Assembly: GCA_035341015.1 (NCBI GenBank) | Contig: DAOQUL010000007.1 | Span: 27,599-91,598, forward strand | DNA: 64,000 nucleotides | Origin: Anaerolineales bacterium | GTDB lineage: Bacteria > Chloroflexota > Anaerolineae > Anaerolineales > UBA4823 | Direction of reading: 5' to 3' | Part shown: piece by piece, positions 8,510-18,442 of the stretch | Layout: each line of letters begins with the position of its first letter | Position numbering within the stretch: position 1 is the first letter of the stretch | Translations under genes and position numbers: made by a program | Notes under the pieces: model-generated | Database searches by the model: none | Seen by the model: only the letters and a program-made list of their open reading frames with translations | Told to the model about the DNA's origin: nothing

Positions 8510-10135
8510 ATGATCGCGATCCAACTTTCGAATATCAAGCTCGTCCTGGGCGCTCACACTTTGTTCGAGAACCTGGCCTGGGAAATTCAGCATGATCAAA
8601 AGGTCGGCCTGATTGGTGCCAACGGGGCGGGGAAATCCTCGCTTTTCAAGCTCATCACCGGCGAATACGCCCCTGAGCCTGGGGGCACGGTGGTGCGTGC
8701 CCGCGGTGTGACAGTAGGCTATTTGCCGCAGCAGCCAGAGTTTGATCCCGGGCAGACGGCTTTTGCCGCCGCCCTGGCGGGCAATCCCCGCCTGGCTGAT
8801 CTGCGTCGCGAATTGGAGCAGATTGAGGTCTCTCTGGGCGAGCCGGCAGTCTATAATCGGCCTTCTGCCCTGCAGCGTGCTTTGCAAACTCAAGAGCGCT
8901 TGCTAGAAGAATACCTGGCCCTGGGCGGCGACGATTACCCCCAGCGCGTGCGACAGGTATTGGCCAACCTGGGCCTGCCCGAAACTGACCTGGACAAGCC
9001 TCTGCAGGTGTTGAGCGGAGGCCAAAAGAAACTGGTGGGATTGGCGCGCCTGCTGCTGGCAAAACCGGATGTGCTGTTATTGGACGAGCCAGATAACCAC
9101 CTGGACTTGCCCGCCAAGACTTTTTTGGAACGCACCATTGCCGGTTACCCTGGGGCGGTAGTGCTCATTTCTCATGACCGCTATCTGCTGGATGCGTCTG
9201 TAACGCACATAGCCGAGATTGAAGATGGCCGCCTGACCACTTTCACCGGCGATTATTCGGCTTACATCTTGGATAAGGAAGAACGCCTGGCGCGCCAGGA
9301 AGAGTTGTTCCGCGTCCAGCAGCACGAGATTGGCCGCCTGGAAGTGGCGATCAAGCGCTATGCCTTGTGGGGTAAGATCTACGACAATGAAAAGTTTGCT
9401 GCACGCGCCAAATCGATGCAAAAACGCCTGGACAAGATGGACAAGATTGACCGCCCGGTAACCGAACGGCGGCGGATGGGCTTGCAGCTTAACGGCTGGC
9501 GCGGCTCAAACAAGGTGCTGGAATTGCAGCAGGTGAGCAAAGCATATGGCAAGCGTCGTTTATTCCATGCCCTCGAGCAGACCATCTGGCACGGCGAGCG
9601 GGTGGGCCTGATTGGGCCGAATGGATCGGGCAAATCGGTGCTCTTGCGCATGCTCTTGAGCCAAGAGCAGCCTGATGCCGGGGAAATCGTGTTGGGGCCA
9701 AGTGTGCAAGTGGGTTATTACGCCCAAGAGCATGAGACGCTTGACTTCAACCAGACCCTGGTCGATGCGGTGCGCTCGGTGGCCGCGTTGAGCGAATCCA
9801 ATGCTGTTTCCTTCCTGATTCGTTACCTGTTCACCTACAAGCAGACCACCCAGAAGATTGGTGATCTCTCGGGCGGCGAGCGCAGCCGCCTGCAGTTAGC
9901 CCTGCTGGTGCTCTCGGGCGCCAATTTCTTGCTGCTGGATGAGCCAACCAACAACCTGGATATTGCCTCGGCCGAGGTGCTGGAGCAAGCCCTGGATGTT
10001 TTTGTGGGCACGGTGCTGGTGGTTTCGCACGACCGCTATTTCTTGGATCGGACGGTTGATCGCCTGCTGGTCATCGATGGCGGGGAGGTGCGATCATACC
10101 AGGGCGGATATTCGGATTATTTATCTGCTTCATAA
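8510..10135 (+). CDS. ABC-F family ATPase (two fused ABC cassettes, no TM domain)
   Basis: Walker A GANGAGKSS and GPNGSGKSV; signatures LSGGQKK and LSGGERS. A charged ~80-aa interdomain linker separates the cassettes. Confidence 0.9.
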   Translation: MIAIQLSNIKLVLGAHTLFENLAWEIQHDQKVGLIGANGAGKSSLFKLITGEYAPEPGGTVVRARGVTVGYLPQQPEFDPGQTAFAAALAGNPRLADLRRELEQIEVSLGEPAVYNRPSALQRALQTQERLLEEYLALGGDDYPQRVRQVLANLGLPETDLDKPLQVLSGGQKKLVGLARLLLAKPDVLLLDEPDNHLDLPAKTFLERTIAGYPGAVVLISHDRYLLDASVTHIAEIEDGRLTTFTGDYSAYILDKEERLARQEELFRVQQHEIGRLEVAIKRYALWGKIYDNEKFAARAKSMQKRLDKMDKIDRPVTERRRMGLQLNGWRGSNKVLELQQVSKAYGKRRLFHALEQTIWHGERVGLIGPNGSGKSVLLRMLLSQEQPDAGEIVLGPSVQVGYYAQEHETLDFNQTLVDAVRSVAALSESNAVSFLIRYLFTYKQTTQKIGDLSGGERSRLQLALLVLSGANFLLLDEPTNNLDIASAEVLEQALDVFVGTVLVVSHDRYFLDRTVDRLLVIDGGEVRSYQGGYSDYLSAS

Positions 10136-10171
10136 TCAAAAGGAGCGGCCCATGTGAGCCGCTCCTTTTGA
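10136..10171. terminator. bidirectional terminator between convergent ABC-F and pnp
   Basis: 14-bp perfect stem tcaaaaggagcggc / gccgctccttttga with an 8-nt loop. A-tract and T-tract flank the GC core. Confidence 0.6.
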
Positions 10172-10182
10172 TTACGGTTAAT

Positions 10183-12420
10183 TTATCTTCGATCGCGTCG
10201 ATCGCGGTCGCGGTTGCCACCTGGGCGACCACCGCGGTCTCCGCCCGGACGGCCACCGGGCCGCCCACCACGGTCACCGCTTGGGCGACCACCGGTGGGG
10301 CGGTCGTGCGAGATGGCTTCTTCCAGGGTCCAGCCTTCGAGCACGGCTTGGCGCGAGAGGCGCACTTTGCCGTTCTCGTCGATGTTGGTGATCATAACGG
10401 TGATCTCATCGCCCATCCCGACCACGTCTTCGACCTTGTTGACGCGCTCGCTGTCGAGTTGCGAGATGTGCACCATACCGTCAATACCGGGCATGATTTC
10501 AACGAAGGCGCCGAAATCGGCAATGCGCACCACCTTACCGGTGTAAATGCGCCCGACCACGGGCACCTCGGTCAGCGCTTCCACCATCTCGCGGGCGCGC
10601 TGGGCGGCAGGGCCGTCGCTGGCGGCGATGAAAACGCTGCCGTCATCTTCGATGTCGATCTTGACGCCGGTCTGTTCCTGGATGCTGCGGATGATCTTGC
10701 CGCCAGGACCGATCACCGCACCAATCTTGTCAACTGGGATGTGCAAGACGGTGATGCGCGGGGCAAAAGGCTTTAGCTCGGTGCGAGGCTCAGGAATAAT
10801 CTCGAGGATCTTGCCCAGGATGAAGAGGCGTGCCTCCAAGGCCTGTGCCAGCGCTTGCGACATGATCTCGGGCGTGATTCCCTTGATCTTAATGTCCATC
10901 TGCAGGGCGGTGATGCCATCGCGTGTACCAGCGACTTTGAAGTCCATATCGCCCAGGTGATCTTCCAGGCCCTGAATATCGGTCAGCACCGCGTAGCGGT
11001 CGCCTTCTTTGATCAGGCCCATGGCAGCGCCAGCTACCGGGGCTTTGATCGGCACACCAGTATCCATCAGGGCCAGGGTTGAGCCGCAAACCGAGGCCAT
11101 GGAACTGGAGCCGTTAGAAGCCAGCACCTCAGAGACCAGGCGCAGGGTGTAGGGGAAGTCAGCTTCGGTCGGGATGACCGGCAGCAGGGCGCGCTCAGCC
11201 AGGGCGCCGTGCCCAATCTCGCGTCGAGATGAACTGCGCGCTGGGCGTACTTCACCCGTGCAGAAGGGCGGGAAGTTGTAGTGATGCATGTAACGCTTGG
11301 ATGCCATGCCGGTCAGGCTGTCAATTTCCTGAGCGTCGCGCGGGGTTCCGAGCGTAGCCAGAGTTAAGACCTGGGTTTCGCCGCGGGTGAACAGGCCAGA
11401 GCCATGGGCGCGCGGGCTGAGCCCGACCTCGCCCCAAATGGGGCGGATTTCGGTCAGGGCGCGGCCATCTGGGCGCTTGCCCTGTTCCAAAATGCGCTGG
11501 CGGACAACCTTTTTATAGGCTTCTTCAAAGGCTTCTTTGGCATTGCCGGCCAGGGTTTCGTCCTGGGCAGTTATTTCGGCCACAACTTCGTTGCGCAGTG
11601 CGTCAATGGCGGCAGCCAGTTCGGCCTTGCCATGAACACTGTCGAGGATCTCGTGCATGCGGGCGGCAGAGCGCTCGTAAACTGGCTGTTCGATGTCTGT
11701 CGAGACGGCAAAGGATGTGTAAGTACGCTTGGCTTTGCCAACCTGGCGAGCCATCTCTTCTTGTACATCGATCAAGGGCCGCAGGGCCTGGTGGCCGAAG
11801 TTCAACGCCTCGATCATCACGCTCTCAGTCACTTCTTTGGCACCGCATTCCACCATCAAGATGGCATCGCGCGTGCCCGCCAGGCGCAGATCCAGGTCAG
11901 ATGTCTCCATCTGGGCGCTGGTGGGGTTGATAACAAACTGGCCTTCAATACGGCCCACGCGCACGGCCCCTACGGGCCCGCCCCAGGGCGCGTCTGAGAT
12001 CATCATCGCGGCTGAAGCAGCGTTGATCGCAAGAACATCAATCGGGTTCTCGCCATCTACTGAGAATGAGTACATGGTGACTTGCACGTCATTGCGCAGG
12101 TCCTTGGGGAAGAGCGGGCGCAGCGGGCGGTCCGTCAGGCGGGCGATGAGAATGGCCTCTTCGGTTGGGCGGCCTTCGCGACGGAAGAAGGAACCGGGGA
12201 TGCGTCCACCGGCGTACATGCGTTCTTCGTAATCCACGGTGAGTGGGAAGAAGTCGATCCCAGGGCGCACCTCGGGACTCATGGTGGCTGCGGCGAAGAT
12301 CATGGTCTCGCCCAATTGAACGGTCACAGCGCCGCCTGCCTGGCCTGCTAACTTGCCAGTCTCAAACAGCACAGTCTTCCCGCCAACGACAGCCTGGAAT
12401 TGTTTTGCTTCGGGTTTCAT
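10183..12420 (-). CDS. pnp: polyribonucleotide nucleotidyltransferase (PNPase) with Arg/Gly-rich C-terminal tail
   Basis: Two RNase PH-like halves, KH ([20 protein letters not shown]) and S1 ([15 protein letters not shown]). AGGAGA RBS upstream. Confidence 0.95.
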   Translation of the reverse strand: MKPEAKQFQAVVGGKTVLFETGKLAGQAGGAVTVQLGETMIFAAATMSPEVRPGIDFFPLTVDYEERMYAGGRIPGSFFRREGRPTEEAILIARLTDRPLRPLFPKDLRNDVQVTMYSFSVDGENPIDVLAINAASAAMMISDAPWGGPVGAVRVGRIEGQFVINPTSAQMETSDLDLRLAGTRDAILMVECGAKEVTESVMIEALNFGHQALRPLIDVQEEMARQVGKAKRTYTSFAVSTDIEQPVYERSAARMHEILDSVHGKAELAAAIDALRNEVVAEITAQDETLAGNAKEAFEEAYKKVVRQRILEQGKRPDGRALTEIRPIWGEVGLSPRAHGSGLFTRGETQVLTLATLGTPRDAQEIDSLTGMASKRYMHHYNFPPFCTGEVRPARSSSRREIGHGALAERALLPVIPTEADFPYTLRLVSEVLASNGSSSMASVCGSTLALMDTGVPIKAPVAGAAMGLIKEGDRYAVLTDIQGLEDHLGDMDFKVAGTRDGITALQMDIKIKGITPEIMSQALAQALEARLFILGKILEIIPEPRTELKPFAPRITVLHIPVDKIGAVIGPGGKIIRSIQEQTGVKIDIEDDGSVFIAASDGPAAQRAREMVEALTEVPVVGRIYTGKVVRIADFGAFVEIMPGIDGMVHISQLDSERVNKVEDVVGMGDEITVMITNIDENGKVRLSRQAVLEGWTLEEAISHDRPTGGRPSGDRGGRPGGRPGGDRGGRPGGNRDRDRRDRR

Positions 12421-12599
12421 TAAATATTTCTCCTATGTATTGGCTACCCGAGATCGAACAGGTGATACCCATATCACTTGTTTCTGCGGGTACTTATTTG
12501 GTTTTCCCCCAGGTCAGAAACTGAGAGCTGATGGCAACGGGAACCTGAAAGATTCTACGTTGTCCGCGGCCTTCAATTCCCGACCCAGGCGGTTGCTTT

Positions 12600-12635
12600 G
12601 TAGAAGGCCGTGCAGAGGTCTGCACGGCCTTCTAC
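12600..12635 (-). promoter_or_regulatory. rpsO 3' / pnp-leader stem-loop
   Basis: 17-bp perfect inverted repeat gtagaaggccgtgcaga / tctgcacggccttctac, 9 nt downstream of the rpsO stop. No U-tract follows on the transcribed strand. Confidence 0.45.
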
Positions 12636-12644
12636 TTGATCAGA

Positions 12645-12911
12645 TTATTTGCGGCGAATGTTCAACTTGTCGGTCAACGCCATGTAGCGCTGGTACTCGT
12701 TGCGGCGAACATAGGCTAGCAAGCGGCGGCGTTGACCAACCAGCTTGAGCAGGCCACGCCGAGATGATTCGTCGTGCTTGTGGGTGCGCAGGTGTTCGGT
12801 CAGTTGAGCAATACGGCTGCTCAACAGGGCGATCTGCACGTCCGGCGAACCGGTGTCGCTCGCATGGCGAGCAAAGGTGGTGATTGTTTTGGTCTTGGAT
12901 TCCTTGTCCAT
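12645..12911 (-). CDS. rpsO: 30S ribosomal protein S15
   Basis: 88 aa with signature HLRTHKHDESSRRGLLKLVGQRRRLLAYV. Confidence 0.95.
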   Translation of the reverse strand: MDKESKTKTITTFARHASDTGSPDVQIALLSSRIAQLTEHLRTHKHDESSRRGLLKLVGQRRRLLAYVRRNEYQRYMALTDKLNIRRK

Positions 12912-13050
12912 GACATCTGCTCCTTTAGTATAATATAGCCACTAGCAGGTCTCCAGGCAGGCAGCCAATGGCCGCCGGCCGGTCTAGTCAGCGGGGGGGA
13001 TTATACCACAAATTTTGGCGGAAAACGAATCTGGCCAATCAGGAGTTCTT

Positions 13051-13059
13051 TGGTATAAT
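13051..13059 (+). promoter_or_regulatory. extended -10 element (TGgTATAAT) upstream of the PDH operon
   Basis: TG at 13051-13052 and TATAAT at 13054-13059, about 75 nt upstream of the pdhA ATG. Confidence 0.4.
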
Positions 13060-13135
13060 TTGGCCGAACGATGGGTAAATTGGGAAGGGAAAACAGTATA
13101 TAAACCCCTTATTAAGTTTTCGGGAGCATCTGAGT

Positions 13136-14095
13136 ATGGATAAAGAAGAGTATTTGAAGTTGTATTACGAGATGGTGCTGATCCGCCTGGTGGAAGAGCA
13201 GGCTGCCCAGCTATATCAGCAGGGCAAGATCGGCGGCTTTCTGCACCTTTACATTGGGCAAGAGGCCGTTAGTACCGGCCTGATCTCTGCCCGCAAGCCG
13301 CAAGACCGGGTCATCACAGCTTATCGCGATCATGGTGTCGCCATCAACTGTGGTCTGTCAGCCGAGGAGGTGGTCGCCGAGCTGCTCGGCAAGGTCACGG
13401 GCTGCTCGCAGGGCAAAGGCGGCTCGATGCACATGGCAGACGTGAAGAAAAATTTCTGGGGCGGGCATGCCATTGTGGGGGCGCACCTGCCAATTGCTTC
13501 GGGCCTGGCCCTGGGTGACAAATACAAGGGCACCGATGGCGTTACCATCTGCATGTTTGGCGATGGGGCCACAAACATCGGTTACTTTCACGAAGCCCTC
13601 AACCTCTCGCAGGTTTGGAAACTGCCTGTTTTGTGGGTTTGTGAAAACAACCAGTATGGCATGGGTACGGCAGTGGAGCGCGCCTCGGCGGTTTCAGAGA
13701 TCCGCCAGAAAGCCGAAGGCTACGGCATCCCGAACGGGCGCGTGGACGGAATGAATGTGTTGGAAGTGCGCCGCGCCGCTGAAGATGCCCTGAACTACCT
13801 GCGCACCGGCCAGGGGCCTTACTTCATGGAGATCATGACCTACCGCTTCCGCGGCCATTCAATGGGCGACCCCGAACGCTACCGGCAGTCAGAAGAGGTC
13901 AAGTGCTGGCAAGAAAATGACCCAATTGGTATTTATCATAAATACCTGGTGGATGAGAAGATCGCCACCGCGGCTGAACTGCGCGCCATTGATTCGCGTG
14001 TGGCCGACGAGGTGGATGCGGCAGTCAAATTTGCCGAATCCAGCCCCGAACCCGCACCTGAAGCGCTCTTTGAACATATCTATGTAGAACAATAG
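13136..14095 (+). CDS. pdhA: pyruvate/2-oxoacid dehydrogenase E1 alpha subunit
   Basis: ThDP-binding motif GDGATNIGYFHEALNLSQVWKLPVLWVCENNQYGMGT. Confidence 0.9.
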   Translation: MDKEEYLKLYYEMVLIRLVEEQAAQLYQQGKIGGFLHLYIGQEAVSTGLISARKPQDRVITAYRDHGVAINCGLSAEEVVAELLGKVTGCSQGKGGSMHMADVKKNFWGGHAIVGAHLPIASGLALGDKYKGTDGVTICMFGDGATNIGYFHEALNLSQVWKLPVLWVCENNQYGMGTAVERASAVSEIRQKAEGYGIPNGRVDGMNVLEVRRAAEDALNYLRTGQGPYFMEIMTYRFRGHSMGDPERYRQSEEVKCWQENDPIGIYHKYLVDEKIATAAELRAIDSRVADEVDAAVKFAESSPEPAPEALFEHIYVEQ

Positions 14096-14108
14096 AAGGA
14101 ATCTACTT

Positions 14109-15080
14109 ATGGCAAGAATAACGATGCGTGAAGCGATTTCTCAAGCCTTATGGGAAGAGATGGAGCGCGATCCCAATGTCTTCATCCTGGGCGAGGAAGT
14201 AGGCGTATGGGGCGGCACTTATGCGGTTACCAAGGGTTTCTACGATCATTTTGGCGGCGATCGCGTGCGCGATACCCCCATTGCCGAAGCCGCCATTATC
14301 GGCGCTGCAATTGGCTCCGCCATGACCGGCCTGCGCCCGGTAGCAGAGTTGATGACGATCAACTTTGCTTTCTCGGCCATGGATCACATAGTTAATGAAG
14401 CTGCTAAGATGCATTACATGTTTGCCGGCCAGATGGTCTTGCCGATGGTCATCCGTGCTGTCGGCGGCGGTGGGCGTCAGTTGGGTGCTACCCATTCCCA
14501 GACACCAGACGCCATTTTTGCTCACTTCCCCGGCTTGAAAGTGGTGGCCCCTGGTACACCCGAGGATGCCAAGGGGTTGATGAAATCGGCCATTCGTTCC
14601 AACGACCCGGTGCTGTTCATCGAACATGCCACGCTTTACCAGGTGCGCGGCGAAGTGCCCGATGGCGATTACAGCACCCCGATCGGTGTTTCTAAGGTGC
14701 AGCGTCCTGGCAAGGATGTGACCATCGTTACTTACAGCAAAATGCTAGAAATCTCCACCAAAGCTGCCGACCAATTGGCGCGCGAGGGGATCGATGTTGA
14801 GATTGTTGATCTGCGCTCGCTGCGTCCTTTGGATATGGGGCCGGTGCTTGAGTCCTTCAAAAAGACCAACCGCGCTGTGATCGTAGAAGAGGGCTGGCGT
14901 TCTTACGGCGTTGGCTCTGAAGTGGCCGCTCGCATCTACGAAGAAGCGTTTGATTACGTCGACGCGCCCATCCGCCGCGTGGCGCAAAAAGAAGTTCCTC
15001 TACCTTATAATCGCACATTAGAGCAGATGGCCCTGCCGCAAGTAGAAGATGTGATCCAGGCGGTCAAGGAGGTGCTGTAA
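14109..15080 (+). CDS. pdhB: pyruvate/2-oxoacid dehydrogenase E1 beta subunit
   Basis: Transketolase-like pyrimidine-binding and C-terminal domains (DTPIAEAAIIGAAIG; IVDLRSLRPLD). Confidence 0.9.
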   Translation: MARITMREAISQALWEEMERDPNVFILGEEVGVWGGTYAVTKGFYDHFGGDRVRDTPIAEAAIIGAAIGSAMTGLRPVAELMTINFAFSAMDHIVNEAAKMHYMFAGQMVLPMVIRAVGGGGRQLGATHSQTPDAIFAHFPGLKVVAPGTPEDAKGLMKSAIRSNDPVLFIEHATLYQVRGEVPDGDYSTPIGVSKVQRPGKDVTIVTYSKMLEISTKAADQLAREGIDVEIVDLRSLRPLDMGPVLESFKKTNRAVIVEEGWRSYGVGSEVAARIYEEAFDYVDAPIRRVAQKEVPLPYNRTLEQMALPQVEDVIQAVKEVL

Positions 15081-16357
15081 TGGCTGAATTGGTTACCATG
15101 CCCAAGCTGGGCTTTGATATGGCTGAAGGCACCCTGGTGCGTTGGGTCATTGGCGAAGGCCAGCCCGTCAGCAAGGGGGCTGTATTGGCTGAGATTGAAA
15201 CAGACAAGGCCACGGTGGAAGTCGAATCGGCTTATGATGGCTTTGTGTTGAAACACCTGGTGCCGCAAGGCGAAAGTGTGCCGGTCAACACCCCCATTGC
15301 CGTGGTAGGCGCTGAGGGTGAGAGTGTTGATGTCCCCGGTACAGCCGGGCCCTCCGAGCCGGCTTCTAAGCCGGCTGAAAAAGCCGCCGCGCCTGCCGTA
15401 GCGGCAGCCAGCCAGTCCCCCGCAGCGGTTGCCTCGCCTGTCCAGCCTGCCGAGCCCGGATTGCCAGGCGGACGGCGCGCTTCTCCATTGGCGCGGCGAG
15501 TTGCGGCTGAGAAAAACCTGGATTTGAATACTATCCAGGGCAGCGGTCCAGGCGGACGGATCACCAAGCGCGATGTTGAAGCCTACCTGGCCCATCCTCC
15601 AGCAGTTTCTGCCCCCGCGGCGGCTCTGCCTGCCCCGGGAACCCCGGCGGTTTTGCCGCCCGCTCTCGAGACGCGCCGCATCCCGCTCAGCCGCTTGCGC
15701 TCTGCCATTGCGCGCCGCATGGTTGAAGCCACTACCCAGGCGCCGCATTTTTATGTCACTCGCGATATCGACATGGCGGCCGCAATGGGCTTGAGAAAAC
15801 AGATCAACGACTTCCTGCCAGAAGAAGAGAAGATTTCCGTCAACGATTTCATCGTCAAGGCGGCGGCTCTGGCTCTGCGCGAGATGCCAAATTTGAACGC
15901 CTCCATTGACCTCGCCAAAGAAGAGATCATCCAACATGGCGCGGTGAACATGGGGGTGGCTGTGGCATTGGAGAGCGGTCTAATGACCGTCGTTTGCCGG
16001 GATGCAGATCGCAAGGCCCTGCGCCAGGTGGCTGCTGAATTGCGCGCTGTGGTCAACCGGGCCCGTGATGGCAAGGTGCGCCCTGAAGACATTGAGGGCT
16101 CTACGTTTACCATCAGCAACCTGGGCATGTTCGACGTGGAGCATTTCACCGCCATCATCAACCCGCCTGAGGCGGGTATCCTGGCGGTTGGATCTGTGCG
16201 CCAGGTGCCTGTGGTGGCCAACGGTGAGCTTGCGATCGGCACGCGCATGAAGGTGACCCTTTCGGTGGATCATCGCGTCAGCGATGGGGCTGAGGGGGCC
16301 CGTTTCTTGCAGGTGTTAGCCAGGTACCTTGAGGCCCCCGTGCGTTTATTGCTTTGA
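15080..16357 (+). CDS. pdhC: dihydrolipoamide acyltransferase E2
   Basis: Lipoyl motif EIETDKATVEVES, Ala/Pro linker, E3-binding SPLARRVAAEKNLDL, catalytic DHRVSDGA. No E3 gene follows. Confidence 0.9.
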   Translation: MAELVTMPKLGFDMAEGTLVRWVIGEGQPVSKGAVLAEIETDKATVEVESAYDGFVLKHLVPQGESVPVNTPIAVVGAEGESVDVPGTAGPSEPASKPAEKAAAPAVAAASQSPAAVASPVQPAEPGLPGGRRASPLARRVAAEKNLDLNTIQGSGPGGRITKRDVEAYLAHPPAVSAPAAALPAPGTPAVLPPALETRRIPLSRLRSAIARRMVEATTQAPHFYVTRDIDMAAAMGLRKQINDFLPEEEKISVNDFIVKAAALALREMPNLNASIDLAKEEIIQHGAVNMGVAVALESGLMTVVCRDADRKALRQVAAELRAVVNRARDGKVRPEDIEGSTFTISNLGMFDVEHFTAIINPPEAGILAVGSVRQVPVVANGELAIGTRMKVTLSVDHRVSDGAEGARFLQVLARYLEAPVRLLL

Positions 16358-16431
16358 CCATTAACCGCGCCCTGCATTACAAATTTGCAAACGAGTCCTT
16401 AGGCGAATGTGACTTGTGAAGACAAACACAA

Positions 16432-16439
16432 GGTATAAT
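16432..16439 (+). promoter_or_regulatory. -10 element GGTATAAT upstream of the REC gene
   Basis: TATAAT at 16434-16439. A GGGGAGGG SD lies between it and the ATG at 16460. Confidence 0.35.
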
Positions 16440-16459
16440 CATATGGGGAGGGTAAACCC

Positions 16460-16861
16460 ATGATTTCACGCACATTCACGCCGCGCATCCTGGTTGTCGA
16501 TGACGACCTGGATACATTGGGCTTGATCCGAATGGTTTTAAAGCGTGCTGGTTACGATGTGACAACCGCATCCCGCTGGGAGGAAGTGACCGATCGATTG
16601 GAGATGTCGAAAGAAGCCAATACTCCCTTCGACCTGGTTATCTTGGATATTATGATGCCGGGCCATTCCGGTTATGATGTGTTCAGGGCCATGGAAGTTG
16701 TTCTACGCAAAATGCCGCCGGTTATTTTCCTCTCGGCCAAGAACACCGTAGACGCCATGGTCACAGCCAGTGAATTGGGGGCGGCCAAATACTTGACCAA
16801 GCCAACCACCCCCGAAAAGCTCTTGGATGCGGTGCGCAACGTGTTGAATCGCGCCCGCTGA
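16460..16861 (+). CDS. stand-alone response-regulator receiver protein
   Basis: 133 aa with ILVVDDD and the phospho-acceptor context DLVILDIMMPG, plus a conserved Lys in YLTKP. Confidence 0.85.
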   Translation: MISRTFTPRILVVDDDLDTLGLIRMVLKRAGYDVTTASRWEEVTDRLEMSKEANTPFDLVILDIMMPGHSGYDVFRAMEVVLRKMPPVIFLSAKNTVDAMVTASELGAAKYLTKPTTPEKLLDAVRNVLNRAR

Positions 16862-16874
16862 TTGCGAAATAAGC

Positions 16875-17441
16875 ATGGCCTCGCCCGATTACGAGCTGCG
16901 TTACTTCCAGGCTGCATCAGCCAGCCTGGAAGATTACCTGCTCTCCAAAGAATTATACTGGATGCTGCACCTCACGGTGCCTATTGGCAGCCCGCCTTAC
17001 CCTCCCCTGACCCTGGACGGGCTGTTATTGGCTCGGGCGCGTTTGCATGGATACGCCCTTTCTGGCATCCAACTATCTCGCTTTCAGAACATTTGTGCCC
17101 AGATGGATGCGCTGCGCAGCCGCTGGCGGGTGGCTTGGGAGCAAAAGGCGGTCCGCAGCTTCCGCTCCAGGTTAAATCTTTGGCGAGACTTCATCGATGA
17201 ATATGGCGCCAATCCCAGCGAGCATGCTGATCGTTATCCATATGAGATCCGCCTGCGCGTCATGCTCCAGCTATTGGAGTATGATGCCCATCCCATGATC
17301 CATGCCGAGCTGGAATTGTTGGAACATCTTGACGGCCTGTTAAAATCTCGCCTGGCACCGGGCGGATTCATTTGGGATGCCGAGCTGGAAAAAGCTTTCC
17401 CAGCAGATGTATATTGGTACTTGTACGGCCTGCTGCCATAG
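16875..17441 (+). CDS. hypothetical protein (188 aa) between two receiver genes
   Basis: Intact ORF spaced 13 nt after the REC gene and 44 nt before REC-GGDEF. I recognise no motif. Confidence 0.55.
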   Translation: MASPDYELRYFQAASASLEDYLLSKELYWMLHLTVPIGSPPYPPLTLDGLLLARARLHGYALSGIQLSRFQNICAQMDALRSRWRVAWEQKAVRSFRSRLNLWRDFIDEYGANPSEHADRYPYEIRLRVMLQLLEYDAHPMIHAELELLEHLDGLLKSRLAPGGFIWDAELEKAFPADVYWYLYGLLP

Positions 17442-17485
17442 TCTTCATTAAATCCTCTGATCAGAAATGTCTGCTTTGATTTGAT

Positions 17486-18403
17486 ATGAAAGCATTGATT
17501 GTTGACGACGACGAGAATTATCGCCGTCTCTTGTCTACGCTCTTGGTAGGTGGGGGGTACGAGGTCGTTGAGGCTGTAGATGGCAGCCAAGCCTGGCAGA
17601 TGTTACAAGCCGAGCCCATTCCGTTGGTGCTGACGGATTGGATGATGCCCGAGATGGACGGGCTGGATTTGATCCAGGCCATTCGTTCTGCGAACTTCCC
17701 TTACTATACCTATATTATCTTGTTGACTGCTCGCCAGCGGCGCGGTGACGTGATCAGTGGATTAGAATCTGGCACCGATGACTACGTGATCAAGCCGTTT
17801 GACCTGGCAGAGTTGAAGGCCCGCCTGGGGATCGCTGAGCGCATCCTCTCGCTCGAGACGCGCCTGCGCGAAGCGCTGGAGAAAGCGTCTTACTACGCGA
17901 CCCGCGACAGCCTGACTGGTGCGCTTAACCGCCGCGCTTTGTACGAATGGGCCGAACAGGTCATTGCCGGCGCAGCCGCTGGGCAGTCTTTTCTGACCGT
18001 CATTATGTTGGATATTGATCATTTCAAGCGCATCAACGACCAGTATGGACACTTAGTGGGCGACGAGGCCCTGCGTTTGATCGTTGAGACGATTGCGCTC
18101 AAAAAACGAGCGAGTGACCAGATGGGGCGTTGGGGTGGAGAGGAATTCTTGCTGGTACTGCCAGATTCTACCCTTGAATCTGGCCGGCAGATGGCTGAAC
18201 GTCTGCGCAAGGCGATTGAAGAGGCTTCTTTGCCGTTGGCTGGCGGCGGTTCGTTTTCTGTGCAGGCCAGCTTTGGCGTGGCTGGGGCACAGGTATCTGG
18301 CGAAGGGTTGGCCCAGCTAGACCGCCTGATCTTACAAGCCGATACGGCGCTCTACCGGGCCAAGCAAGCGGGCCGAAACCAGGTGTGTGTACACGAGGCC
18401 TGA
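17486..18403 (+). CDS. response regulator-diguanylate cyclase (REC-GGDEF)
   Basis: REC motif LVLTDWMMPEMDG and an active-site GGEEF in RWGGEEFLLVL. Confidence 0.9.
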   Translation: MKALIVDDDENYRRLLSTLLVGGGYEVVEAVDGSQAWQMLQAEPIPLVLTDWMMPEMDGLDLIQAIRSANFPYYTYIILLTARQRRGDVISGLESGTDDYVIKPFDLAELKARLGIAERILSLETRLREALEKASYYATRDSLTGALNRRALYEWAEQVIAGAAAGQSFLTVIMLDIDHFKRINDQYGHLVGDEALRLIVETIALKKRASDQMGRWGGEEFLLVLPDSTLESGRQMAERLRKAIEEASLPLAGGGSFSVQASFGVAGAQVSGEGLAQLDRLILQADTALYRAKQAGRNQVCVHEA

Positions 18404-18442
18404 GCCTGGCACCGGCTGGAGAATCGCCTCAGGACGCCTTGC

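Noticed and set aside
8312-8893. A 193-aa minus-strand ORF spanning the ABC-F leader and 5' coding region.
   Set aside because: It is antisense to a motif-perfect ABC-F gene, has low-complexity Arg/Gln/Leu composition and no recognisable motif. It is most likely a chance open frame.
16358-16431. Possible -35 element and caaatttg palindrome upstream of the REC gene -10 box.
   Set aside because: No hexamer lies at a 16-19 nt spacing that resembles TTGACA, and the palindrome is only 8 bp and AT-rich. Only the -10 element is reported.
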